Assembly (NCBI GenBank): GCA_046292385.1 | Contig: JBKBRF010000003.1 | Coordinates: 262,225-326,224, forward strand | Source of the DNA: Armatimonadota bacterium | GTDB taxonomy: Bacteria; Armatimonadota; SYMT01 | Direction: 5' to 3' | Length of the DNA stretch: 64,000 nt | In this document: piece after piece, positions 38,067 through 47,388 of the stretch | How positions within the stretch are numbered: the stretch's first letter is position 1 | Layout of the letters: the number at the start of each line of letters is the position of its first letter | Notes under the pieces: generated by a model | What the model saw: the letters and a program-made list of their open reading frames with translations, nothing else | The model's database searches: none | What the model was told of the DNA's origin: nothing | Position numbers and translations under genes: made by a program

Positions 38067-39394
38067 CGGCACCTTCCATCCGGAAGCGGGTCAGGCTCAT
38101 CACGGCGGCGACGGTACTCGCCGCCGGGCTCCTCGGCGCCGCGGGGGCCGCCCGTGCGGAGACACCGCCGCCTCGCGACGAGCTGCTGCGCGCGCTGATC
38201 CCGAAGCCGACCGGCAAGAACGGGTACGAGGACTTCCTCCTCGCCGCCGACCGCGTGGAGACCACGAAGTTCTGGCGGCGGGATGTCTACCCGATCCCAC
38301 TCTCGGACTGCCGCACGATTCTGGAGAAGCCCGCAGCGAGGGAGGCGCTGATGCTGCTGCAGCGCGGGCTGCGGAAGCCAATCACCGTCCCGCCACCGCA
38401 ACCGGACTCCAGCGCCTACTACGATTCTTTCGGCAGCTTTCGGCAGCTCATGCGGCTGCTCGGGGTGAAGCTGCGACTCGCCATGGCGGAAGGACGCGCG
38501 GGCGAAGGGCTCGACATGGTGCTGCTCGGACTGCGGTTTAGCCGCGCGATCGACGATGGGACCTTCCAAGGCACTATCACCTCGGCGGGGTTGCGGACCA
38601 TTATCACGACCGTCTTCGTGGAGCACCTCGAGCAACTGAGCGCGGGCGATTGTGAAAGGCTGTACCGCGAGAGCGCGCCGTTCCTGGCCGGCGATTCGCT
38701 GGCTCCGAAACTGCTGCGGCGGGAGTGGCAAGAGGCGCAAGAGTCCCTCGGGGAACTCCGGCAGGCAATCCGCCGCCGCGGCGCTGCCGCGGTCCGTGAC
38801 TTTGCAGAGGAGCACCTGTCGTTCGAAGCTCGGGACGTGGAGCCGGATCCGGACGACCCGGGCGCCCCGGAGCAGCCGGAAGAGCCGGAAGGCGTGCTCT
38901 TCTGGCGAGCCTTGCTGCAGCGCTACGGGAAGTCGCCCGCGGGAATGCTGCGGTTCGCCGACGACCTGGAGGCGCGGCTCCGGGAGCGCTCCCAAGAGCT
39001 GATCGCGGAGGTTGCGGAGCCGTGGCGGCAGGGCGTCCCGTCACTCGACCGGGAAGCAGCGGTGGAAGATCCCGCCGGCACCATCGTCGAGAAGATGCTC
39101 GGAATGGCTGACCATCTGTCGAGCCAGGTGGTCGAATGGGAGGTCCAGCACCACCTCTTCCTGATCCACCTGGCGCTGCTCCGCTACCGGTGGGAGCACG
39201 ACCGAGTCCCGGATACGCTAGCCGAGCTGGCGCTGGGCGACCTCACCTTCGACCCGTTCACCGGGCTTGAGCTGAAGTACGAGCCGGTCGGCACCCGCGG
39301 CTTCCAGCTCTACAGCGCCGGGCCCTATACCCATCCGTACTTTGCGGAGACGCCCGGCGAGCGCCGGCGGATCTTCCTCCGACCGATCGACTGA
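38063..39394 (+). CDS. Secreted helical protein with GspG-like C-terminal motif, paralog 4 of 4
   Basis: ATGA overlap with paralog 3; PTGKNGYEDF; YRWEHDRVPDTLAEL...DPFTGLELKY...FQLYSAGP. Confidence 0.8.
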   Translation: MTAPSIRKRVRLITAATVLAAGLLGAAGAARAETPPPRDELLRALIPKPTGKNGYEDFLLAADRVETTKFWRRDVYPIPLSDCRTILEKPAAREALMLLQRGLRKPITVPPPQPDSSAYYDSFGSFRQLMRLLGVKLRLAMAEGRAGEGLDMVLLGLRFSRAIDDGTFQGTITSAGLRTIITTVFVEHLEQLSAGDCERLYRESAPFLAGDSLAPKLLRREWQEAQESLGELRQAIRRRGAAAVRDFAEEHLSFEARDVEPDPDDPGAPEQPEEPEGVLFWRALLQRYGKSPAGMLRFADDLEARLRERSQELIAEVAEPWRQGVPSLDREAAVEDPAGTIVEKMLGMADHLSSQVVEWEVQHHLFLIHLALLRYRWEHDRVPDTLAELALGDLTFDPFTGLELKYEPVGTRGFQLYSAGPYTHPYFAETPGERRRIFLRPID

Positions 39395-39787
39395 ACCGAT
39401 GCTTACCGGAAGGCGAATCGGTGGGTGCCAGGCCGTTTGGATGCCGGCGTAATAGCTGCCGGGCGGGTGAAACCGCGGCAACCACGGCACGAAGTTTTAT
39501 CCCCCGGACGGGGGACCGCCTTCGGGGACTGTGAAGCCCCCGTTTGGACGTCCGGAGGACGCTTGGCCGCAGGCCGTCCAGCGAGGTATTTCAATGCCTT
39601 GCGGCCCTCCGGATGCTCCGCCCGCTGGTCGTGGCGCACCGCACACTTTGACGAAAAAATGGCCGGCTCTTGCGGAGCCGGCCGAGAGTGCGAATGCAAC
39701 GAGCTGCATGTCACTCTAGAAGACGACGCAGCCGGCCCGATCCGTGCGCCCATCGTACTGCGAAGATGTTGAGACTGGGACGCGGCG

Positions 39788-40726
39788 TCACGGTTGCCCC
39801 GAGAGGAACAGGGTTCCGAAGGCGAAGAGGGCGTGGAGCAGGCGGGCGAGGCAGGGCGCGAGGAGGTTGCCGGCGCGGCCGTAGAGCCACGCCAGCCCGA
39901 GGCCCATCAGGAAGTAGCCGGGAAGATTGATCGGATCGAGCCGGCCGAGCGCGAACGCGGCGGCGGAGACCCACAGCCCCCACGCGGCGCGCTCGTGGGT
40001 GACGAAGCGCCCATAGAGGACCCCGCGGAAGAAGAGCTCCTCGACGAACGCCGGCACCGCGATCCCGAGCAGGACGAGCGGAATCCGCAGCGTGAGCGGC
40101 GCCCGCGCGAGCGCCTCCCACGGACCCGCGGCCGAAACCCCGGCCGCGGTGGCAAGGGGACCGATCGCCATCCCGTAGACGAGGCCGACGCTGGCGAGCA
40201 GCATCCCGGCGATGAGGCCGGCCACGACCGCGCGGCGGGTCCGGTGGGTGAAGAGGCCGGAGAGCCAGTCGCGCCCGCGGCGGGTGCGGCGCAGGCGCCA
40301 GAGCGCGACCGCGAGGTAGCCGGCCTGCGCCGTGAGCGAGAGGTAGACGAGCGCCAGCGACGCCACGTGGGCCGTCTCGGGGTGGCGCAGCAGCAGCGTG
40401 CGGCGATCCTGCTCTACCCGGGCGCCGGCATAGCCCAGCTCCTCCCACGGGGGCTGCGTCTCCGGCGGGCGGACTCCGCGGCTGCGGATCCGCACCTCGA
40501 TCCGCTCGCCCTCGCGAGCCGTGTCCGCGCCGAAGGCGCGCGGCTGCAGCCGCGCCCAGCCCTCGAGCGAGCTGTCGGCCGCGGGGAAGGCGGAGACGCG
40601 CGCGATGAGCCGGCGCTCGCCCGGAAGCTGGTCCGCCAGCTTGAGCCAGATCGGCAGCACCAGCAGCAGGCCGAGCGCGAGCGCGAGCAGCAGGTCGAGC
40701 AGCGTCAGGTTCAGGAGCGGCAGCAC
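39788..40726 (-). CDS. CPBP (CAAX/Abi) intramembrane metalloprotease-like protein
   Basis: AFVEELFFRG motif, multi-TM; later His motifs look degenerate (FALGR, ARLLH). Confidence 0.75.
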   Translation of the reverse strand: MLPLLNLTLLDLLLALALGLLLVLPIWLKLADQLPGERRLIARVSAFPAADSSLEGWARLQPRAFGADTAREGERIEVRIRSRGVRPPETQPPWEELGYAGARVEQDRRTLLLRHPETAHVASLALVYLSLTAQAGYLAVALWRLRRTRRGRDWLSGLFTHRTRRAVVAGLIAGMLLASVGLVYGMAIGPLATAAGVSAAGPWEALARAPLTLRIPLVLLGIAVPAFVEELFFRGVLYGRFVTHERAAWGLWVSAAAFALGRLDPINLPGYFLMGLGLAWLYGRAGNLLAPCLARLLHALFAFGTLFLSGQP

Positions 40727-40770
40727 GGCTCCCGGGGCGGAGCGGGGGCGGCGTCCTTCGGCTCGAGGTG

Positions 40771-41970
40771 TCAGGATGCCGCCGCCTGCAGACTCTGCGC
40801 CGCCTCCAGCTCGGCTGAGTAGATCGCCTTCAGCCGGCCCGCGATCCCCTCGAATAGCTCCTGGCGGGCCTCCGGAGGGGTCGGCTCTCCTTCCGCGACG
40901 AGAGACTCCTGCTGCGAGCGGAGCCGCTGCAGCTCCGGAAGCGCGTTCGGGTCTCCCGAGCGGAGCAGCCGGTGGCGCTCCTCGATCCCGGCGCGAATCC
41001 GCGAGAGCACCGGATGACTCTCCGGCAGGATCGCGGCGAAAAGGTCTCGCCAGCGCTGCTCCAGGTCGCGGTACTGCTCCGCGACACGGGCGAGCGCCGG
41101 TCGGTCGAGCTGAGAGGCCGCGTCATCCAGGAACGCCGCGTAGAGGCCGCGCAGGCCGCCGGTATCGCCCGATTCCTGGATCACGCTCTCGTAGAGCGTC
41201 CGCATGCCGTCCCGCAGGTGCCGCTCTTCCGCGAGGACGGTGGGCCAGCCTTTCTTGTCCTTCAGGTTCGCCGCCATCCCGCCCCACTTCTGCCAGGCGG
41301 TGACGCCGAAGTTCTTGATCGGCGGGTTCAGCATCTCGTGCGCGCACTGGCGGATCGCTTCCAGGGTCGCCTCGGCCAGCGCCGCCGGGGTGAGCGGCGC
41401 CGCGGGCGCGGAGAAGAGGAGCAGGCGGTTCTTGTTCGAGGTGATGACGGAGCGGGCGAACCGCAGCGTCTCCGCGGAGAGCTCCACCGGGGCGGCGCAG
41501 ACGTCGTGGGCGTAGAAGGTATCGCCGTCGTGACCGAAGACGACCAGTCCGTAGACCAGCCCCTTCGCCAGCGATACGGGGAGCCCCCGGTGCGGCAGCG
41601 CCGCCTCCGCCGCCGTGACCCAGGCGGGCCGGCCGGCGTCGAGCGCCGCGCGGAGGTCGGCTTCCGCCTTCTTCACGCCGCCCGACTCGCAGATCTCCAC
41701 GCCCACTCCCAGGCGGGCGCAGACGGTCTCCGAGAACTCCCCCTTATACTTCTGCCAGTCGCGGCGGAAGCCGGTGACCACGTACTTCTCGCCGCACATC
41801 TCGAACAGCATGTAGCCGCCGCCGATCCCACCGCCGAGACCGATCAGCGCTCCCTCCGTAAACGGCTCTCCGGTGCGGGGAGAGACCACCCCCAGGCCGG
41901 CGACGATGTTGGCGAGACCGCCGGTCTCGAACTGAATGCCGGCGCGCGGAACGTAGCTCTCCACTTGCAC
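40771..41970 (-). CDS. BtrH N-terminal / DUF4872 family protein
   Basis: G.P.TE..L.GLGGGIG; W..W...W..V; GG.R.LYA.FL..A. Confidence 0.7.
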   Translation of the reverse strand: MQVESYVPRAGIQFETGGLANIVAGLGVVSPRTGEPFTEGALIGLGGGIGGGYMLFEMCGEKYVVTGFRRDWQKYKGEFSETVCARLGVGVEICESGGVKKAEADLRAALDAGRPAWVTAAEAALPHRGLPVSLAKGLVYGLVVFGHDGDTFYAHDVCAAPVELSAETLRFARSVITSNKNRLLLFSAPAAPLTPAALAEATLEAIRQCAHEMLNPPIKNFGVTAWQKWGGMAANLKDKKGWPTVLAEERHLRDGMRTLYESVIQESGDTGGLRGLYAAFLDDAASQLDRPALARVAEQYRDLEQRWRDLFAAILPESHPVLSRIRAGIEERHRLLRSGDPNALPELQRLRSQQESLVAEGEPTPPEARQELFEGIAGRLKAIYSAELEAAQSLQAAAS

Positions 41971-42248
41971 GTGTGATTCCTCCTACTCCACGTTGCCCGG
42001 AGCGCGCCTGATTCCCTGCCGGGCCGGCTACCGGCACTCTCGTGTCAGACGCGGCACCGATGGAGGAGAATAGCGTGCGAACTGGACCGCAGCGTTGCAG
42101 GTTAGCAGGTTGGCAGGTTGCAGGTTGTCTGCACGAGAGGCGGAGTTCCAAATCTGGAACCTGGAACCTGGAACCTGGAACCTGACAACTTGCAAACAGG
42201 AACAGTGACGGTTGGTACGGCGGCGGGTGGGAAAGAAAGGGCAGGACC

Positions 42249-42536
42249 GTGAGAAAAGCCAGGCGCGGCAGCGCGGACCTGCGGATCACCGTGTTCGTGG
42301 AAGACGGCGCCGTGCTGGGCCGCATCACGGAGTTCACGGAGACGGGGGCGGTGGCGGTGATGGACGCGACGGTGCCGCTGTACGACCGGCTGGAGTTCAC
42401 GCTGCACGTGCCGGGAGGCGTCGTCTCCGGACAGGTGACGGCGCTCTCGTGCGACGGCCGGGACTACCGCCTCCAGTTCGCGGCGCTGAGCGACCGGGAT
42501 CGCCAGCGGCTGGAGCCGTGGACGAGTCCGGCGTAA
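42249..42536 (+). CDS. PilZ-like domain protein
   Basis: N-terminal RxxxR (RKARR), degenerate D/NxSxxG (EFTETG), C-terminal L.F..LS..DR..L. Confidence 0.55.
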   Translation: MRKARRGSADLRITVFVEDGAVLGRITEFTETGAVAVMDATVPLYDRLEFTLHVPGGVVSGQVTALSCDGRDYRLQFAALSDRDRQRLEPWTSPA

Positions 42537-42581
42537 GAGCCGATCCGGACCGGCTTGAAGAGATGAGCGGAGAGGGAACCG

Positions 42582-42869
42582 ATGGCTTCACAGACGGAGC
42601 TGCTGCCCCGCCCCGAGCTGGGCGATGAGGAGCGAACCGGGGGCGAGTGGATCGTCATCGTCCTCGATAACGACCACAATACCTGGGACGAGGTGATCCT
42701 GATCCTGCAGAAGGCGACCGGCTGCACGCTGGAGGAAGCTCAGATGGAGACCTGGGAGGTGCACCACCTCGGGCGCTCCATCGTCCACCACGCGGACCAG
42801 GAAGAATGCGCCCGCGTCGCCGGCATCATCCGCACCATCGGCATCCAGGTCGAGGTCGAGCAGCTCTGA
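42582..42869 (+). CDS. clpS: ATP-dependent Clp protease adaptor
   Basis: VIVLDNDHNTWDEV..IL, A...TWEVH..GRSIV. Confidence 0.85.
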   Translation: MASQTELLPRPELGDEERTGGEWIVIVLDNDHNTWDEVILILQKATGCTLEEAQMETWEVHHLGRSIVHHADQEECARVAGIIRTIGIQVEVEQL

Positions 42870-43058
42870 CGCGCCTGGAGACCGCGGCTGCAGGTGGTCC
42901 GGTTACCAGTCTCAGGTTAGCCTCGGCTGGCCACGCGTAGAACCTGGGAGCCGGTAACCTGCAAACCGGAAACTTGCTCCCCCCGGAAACCGGCGGGAGA
43001 GGACAACCGCGGGAGCGGCGCGAATGCTCTCCCGGAGTCCCCTTCCGGAGCCTATTTG

Positions 43059-43730
43059 ATGAGCGATTCTTCCCCACCGACACCGCCGCGCGACCTCAGC
43101 CTGGTCGACCGCCTGCAGGCGCTCTACACCGCCGTTGTCTCGGATGAGCTGGACAAGGCCGGGTACCGGTCCCAGGTGCTGCGTTCGGATATCCGCCCGC
43201 TGTTTCCGGAGGCGCGGTTCGCCGGCCTCGCCTTCACCGTCCACGCGGTCCCGGTCTTCTCCGTGCCGGCCGAGCCGTACAAGAAGGAGTTCGAGGCGGT
43301 CGATCAGCTCCAACCGGGCGACGTGCTGCTCGTCTCCCGCACGGAGGGCTCGTTCTGGGGCGAGCTGCTCTCCACCGCCGCCGGCCTGCGCGGTTGCCGC
43401 GGGGTGGTGGTCGACGGCTACGCCCGCGACACCCGCTCGATCATCGAGATGGGCTTCGCCACCTTCTGCCGGGGCATCCACGTGGCCGACTCGCTCGGGC
43501 GGCTCGACGTGGTCGACTACAACTGTCCGATCGAGTGCGGAGACGTGCGCGTGGCGCCGGGCGACCTGGTGCTGGGCGATTACGACGGCGTGGTGGTGGT
43601 CCCGCAGGGGATCGCGGAAGAGATCATCACCCGGGCGGAAGAGAAGATGCGCGGCGAGGACCTGGTGCGGGACCACCTGCGGCAGGGCATGACCGTCACC
43701 GAAGCGTACCGGCGCTTCGGGGTGATGTAG
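43059..43730 (+). CDS. RraA family / HMG aldolase-like protein
   Basis: VSD.LD, G.A.TV, WGELL, G.VVDG..RD, PGDLV.GD.DGVVVVP. Confidence 0.88.
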   Translation: MSDSSPPTPPRDLSLVDRLQALYTAVVSDELDKAGYRSQVLRSDIRPLFPEARFAGLAFTVHAVPVFSVPAEPYKKEFEAVDQLQPGDVLLVSRTEGSFWGELLSTAAGLRGCRGVVVDGYARDTRSIIEMGFATFCRGIHVADSLGRLDVVDYNCPIECGDVRVAPGDLVLGDYDGVVVVPQGIAEEIITRAEEKMRGEDLVRDHLRQGMTVTEAYRRFGVM

Positions 43731-43759
43731 CGGCGGACGGAGGAGACCGGGCATACCTG

Positions 43760-44494
43760 ATGAGTGAGACGAACGAGCCCCAGCGCTCCCTCTCCGCCGC
43801 CGAGCCGACCAGCGAGCTGCGGCGGATCTCGATCCATGAGAACGGCGAGCCGCTGGTCGATTTCATGGAGCTCTGCCCCGCGCTCTGCTGGGTCTCCCGC
43901 CACCCGGTCTTTGACTACGAGCGGTTCCGGCTGCTGCGCCGCACGCCGACCGAGATGCTGGCCTGCGCGCAGGAGCGGCTCCCGCAGGGCATCCGGCTGG
44001 CGGTGGTGGAGGGCTGGCGCCCGCCGGAGATCCAGCGGCGGATGCACGAGGAGACCCGCGCGCGGCTGCGGCGGGAGCATCCGGAGTGGAGCGACCGCCA
44101 CCTGGCGCGCGAGGCGAACCGCTTCTCCGCGCCGATGGACCGCCGCGTGCCGCCCCCGCACACCACCGGCGGGGCCGTGGACGTACACCTGGTCGACGAA
44201 GCGGGGGAGATCCTCGACTTCATCAGCCCCTACGACCTGATGGATCGGCGGGGCGCCCCCCGTGACGCCAGAGGCCTCTCACCGGAGGCGCGGCGGAACC
44301 GGAAGCTGCTCCAGGAGGTGATGGAAGCCGCGGGGCTCACCAACTACCCCTCGGAGTGGTGGCACTGGTCGTACGGGGACCAGGGCTGGGCCTACCGCGG
44401 CCGGCACCCGCGCGCCGTCTACGGCGCTACCGAGCCGCCGGACCTCGCCGGTCGCGATTTCACCCTGCACCCGCGGAAAGAGCCGGGATGGTAG
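43760..44494 (+). CDS. D-alanyl-D-alanine dipeptidase (M15D, DdpX/VanX-like)
   Basis: EGWRP..Q, PPHTTGGAVD, NYPSEWWHWSYGD. Confidence 0.88.
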   Translation: MSETNEPQRSLSAAEPTSELRRISIHENGEPLVDFMELCPALCWVSRHPVFDYERFRLLRRTPTEMLACAQERLPQGIRLAVVEGWRPPEIQRRMHEETRARLRREHPEWSDRHLAREANRFSAPMDRRVPPPHTTGGAVDVHLVDEAGEILDFISPYDLMDRRGAPRDARGLSPEARRNRKLLQEVMEAAGLTNYPSEWWHWSYGDQGWAYRGRHPRAVYGATEPPDLAGRDFTLHPRKEPGW

Positions 44495-45264
44495 CCCGGC
44501 CCCGCTCCCCCGAGGCGGTCCCCGCGCTGGTCCTGGCCGGCGGCCGCACCTCTCCGGAGTTCGCCGCGGAAGCGGGCACCCCGCACCGCTCGCTGGCCGA
44601 GATCAACGGCTGGCCGATGGTGCGCTACGTCCTCCACGCCCTCCGGCAGGCGGAGACGATCGGAGAGGTGATCCTCGTCTCGCCCGCCGGCTTTCCCCGC
44701 TTCGAAGAGGCGGACGAGCAGGTGGTGGCCGAAGGCACCCTGCCGGAGAACATCTCCGCCGGCCTGACCCGCTGCCCCGGTGCCGCGCACGTGCTGCTGG
44801 TGACCGGCGACATCCCGTTCGTCACGCCGGCGGCGGTGGACGACTACGTCCGCCAGTGCCGCTCCGTGGGCGCCGACTGCTGCTACGCCGCGGTGCCGCG
44901 GGAGGCGTGTGAGAAGTCGTTCCCCGGCATGCGCCGTACCTACTTCCACGACCCGGAGACCGTCGTCACCGGCGGGAACGTCGTCTTCCAGCGCGTGGAG
45001 GCGTTCCCGAAGCAGGCGGCGCTGCTGGAAGAGGCGCACCGCCGGCGGAAGAACCCGCTCTTCCTGGTGCGGCTCATCGGGCCCGGCAACCTGCTGAAGT
45101 TCCTGCTCAAGCGGCTGACCCTGGCGGACATCGACCGGGCGGCTTCTTCCCGCATGGGAGTTCAGTGCCGGCTGGTGGTGACGCCGCACGCGTCGCTCGG
45201 CACCGACGTCGATCGCCCGGACGACCTCCGCCACGCGCGCGGTATCCTGCGACCGCCCGAATAG
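44488..45264 (+). CDS. MobA-like NTP transferase domain protein
   Basis: ALVLAGG, ING.PM..YV, TGDIPF, TGGN, DVDRPDDL. Confidence 0.8.
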   Translation: MVARPRSPEAVPALVLAGGRTSPEFAAEAGTPHRSLAEINGWPMVRYVLHALRQAETIGEVILVSPAGFPRFEEADEQVVAEGTLPENISAGLTRCPGAAHVLLVTGDIPFVTPAAVDDYVRQCRSVGADCCYAAVPREACEKSFPGMRRTYFHDPETVVTGGNVVFQRVEAFPKQAALLEEAHRRRKNPLFLVRLIGPGNLLKFLLKRLTLADIDRAASSRMGVQCRLVVTPHASLGTDVDRPDDLRHARGILRPPE

Positions 45265-45516
45265 TCTCCGACGGCAGGACTGCGCGGCCGGGTACCCAAC
45301 GGCGGCACGCCGCGCGCGATCCCGGACACCCCTCCCCCTCCAGGGGGAGTCGCCGCTCCACCCATTCGGGAACCGCCAAAGCGCCTTTCGGTGTCTACAC
45401 CCCTGTGGCGCCTCCCCCGATATTGCCATTGGGACGACTATCAACGGGTAGCGCGTTCCGGCACGCAGGTCGGAGCCGGCGCAGGCCCGGGCCAGGAAGC
45501 ACGCAGCATCATTCCC

Positions 45517-46620
45517 ATGGCAAACCCACTTTCCAAGCTGACGCAGCGCCTCACCAACAGCCCCGCGATGCCGTTCCCGGCGGGAGCACGCCCCGGGGTG
45601 CCCGCGCACGTGGAAGACCCCGCGCAGGCCGAGCAGGCGCTGGCCCTCTCCCGGGAGCTGCTGCACGCGGCGGAGCAGTTTGTCATCCCCGCCACCGATC
45701 TCGATAGCAGCCGCTTTCTCAACCGGCTTCGAGCCACCGCCGCCGGCATCCATCAAAAGGCGGAGGCGCCGACCCTTCAGCTCTTCCAGCAGTGGGCTCA
45801 GGGGGCGCTCGCCGCGTTCGGCGCGCTGCAGCGGCGGTATATCCGGGAGCGCGAGGACGAGCTCTGGCGATTGGCCGACATCCACGCGCAGGCAGCCGCC
45901 CGCGGCCACCACCAAGACGCCGAATTCCTGCAGGCGCTCCGCGACTCGCATGGCCGCATGCGCCAGATCGCCGGCCGGGGTGAAGGGCAGGAGGTCCTGA
46001 CGGCGCTCCAGGAAGAGCTGCAGAGCACGCGGCAGCTCGTGGATCGCAAGGCTCGCGAGGACAAGGAGCGAGTCCAGGCGCTGGCGCGGCAGGTCGCCGG
46101 CCTCGAAGCGGCGCTGGCGCAGGTCCGCGGCCAGGCGCGGCTCGACTCGCTCACCGGGCTCCATCACCGGGGCGCGCTGCAAGAGCGGGCGGAACAGCTC
46201 CTCACGGAGAGTAAGCCGTTCAGCCTGGCGCTCCTGGACCTGGACGACTTCAAGACGATCAACGACAGCCTCGGCCACCTGGTGGGAGACCGCCTCCTCT
46301 GCCAGACGGCCGACCTGCTGCGCCGCGTCGCCCGCTCCAACGACCTGGTCGCCCGCCTGGGAGGAGACGAGTTCTGTGTCCTCTCGCCCGGGATGACCCC
46401 GGACTACCTCGCGCAGCGGCTGGCCGGCGCCGTCGGCCGGCGGCACGTGCACCTGCAGATGGAAGACCGCGCCGTCTCCGCGCTCCTCTCCGTGAGCGTC
46501 GGCATCGCCCACTCCGAGCCGGACGACTCCTTCGACACCCTGCTCCACCGCGCCGACCAACCGCTCCTGGCGGTCAAGCGAGGCGGAAAGAACAGCATCG
46601 CCCTCGCGCCTCGGGCCTGA
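45517..46620 (+). CDS. Diguanylate cyclase (GGDEF)
   Basis: DSLTGL, DLDDFK.INDSLGH..GD, I-site RSND, RLGGDEF; coiled-coil N-terminus. Confidence 0.9.
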   Translation: MANPLSKLTQRLTNSPAMPFPAGARPGVPAHVEDPAQAEQALALSRELLHAAEQFVIPATDLDSSRFLNRLRATAAGIHQKAEAPTLQLFQQWAQGALAAFGALQRRYIREREDELWRLADIHAQAAARGHHQDAEFLQALRDSHGRMRQIAGRGEGQEVLTALQEELQSTRQLVDRKAREDKERVQALARQVAGLEAALAQVRGQARLDSLTGLHHRGALQERAEQLLTESKPFSLALLDLDDFKTINDSLGHLVGDRLLCQTADLLRRVARSNDLVARLGGDEFCVLSPGMTPDYLAQRLAGAVGRRHVHLQMEDRAVSALLSVSVGIAHSEPDDSFDTLLHRADQPLLAVKRGGKNSIALAPRA

Positions 46621-46633
46621 ATTGGGCTCTGAT

Positions 46634-46945
46634 TTACCACAGAGCGCACAGAGGGCACAGAGAGGAACCGGAGCCAGGATCCGAACCGGACTTACCGCGG
46701 AGAGCGCAAAGGACGCAGAGAGGGAGACGAGAAGGAGAAGCTTCGGGGCCGCTCACGGACGCGTCAGCGGATCAGTCCTAAACTCTGGGTGCCCTCTCCG
46801 CGTTCCCTCTGCGCCCTCAGCGGCCTCTGCGGTGAATCAGGTTCGGATCGGGGCCGCAGCAGCGACTCGCAACGCGGTGCAGGCCCGTCCCACTGGCCCC
46901 TGTTTTCTCCGCGTCCTCTGCGTCTCTGCGGTGAATCAGGTTCGA
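46634..46945. repeat. Nested (CGCAGAG)n ... (CTCTGCG)n-GTGAATCAGGTTCG repeat cluster
   Basis: Two left arms (about 46634 and 46692) and two right arms ending CTCTGCGGTGAATCAGGTTCG; two more right arms at 47247-47390. Confidence 0.75.
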
Positions 46946-46956
46946 AGTCCCCCGGC

Positions 46957-47136
46957 TCAACGCTGCGGTGAGTTGAGCCAGAGCCAGAGCAGCCAGGCGA
47001 CCGGGGTGAGCGCCAGCAGCACGGCGCAGATGATAAAGCCGATGATCTGCGCGCCGCCGGCTTTTTCCGTATCGCTGCTGTAGTCCCAGCCGCGCGGCTT
47101 CTCCGGCCCGGACCGCGGTCGCTGCTCGTCGCTCAT
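46957..47136 (-). CDS. Small membrane protein (59 aa)
   Basis: AGGTG RBS; C-terminal TM IIGFIICAVLLALTPVAWLLWLWL; flanked by repeats. Confidence 0.55.
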   Translation of the reverse strand: MSDEQRPRSGPEKPRGWDYSSDTEKAGGAQIIGFIICAVLLALTPVAWLLWLWLNSPQR

Positions 47137-47388
47137 CGCTTCACCTGGGGAGCGCCTCGAGTAAGCCCAGTCCGCCCTCTCGTCCCCACTCATTCTTACC
47201 CGGCGAAGCCAGCCGCGTACCGGGGTCACGTGGAACAGGCCCGGAATCTCTGCGGCCTCTGCGCCCTCCGCGGTGAGTCAGGTTCGAGCCGGGGCCGCAG
47301 CAGGGACTCGGAAAGCGGACCAGACCAAAACCCTCTGGTCCCCCTCTCCGTGCCCTCTGTGCGCTGTGTGGTGAAACCAGGTTCGGAA

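Noticed and set aside
34363..39394. Diversity-generating retroelement or shufflon explanation for the paralog array
   Set aside because: No reverse transcriptase, recombinase, adenine-specific template/variable repeat pair or inverted cassettes were seen in the window.
39788..40726. Abi phage-defence or bacteriocin immunity call for the CPBP gene
   Set aside because: The family name alone does not support it; no bacteriocin precursor was identified.
43760..44494. vanX vancomycin resistance
   Set aside because: No vanH/vanA/vanRS nearby; the PPH.TG type fits a generic D,D-dipeptidase.
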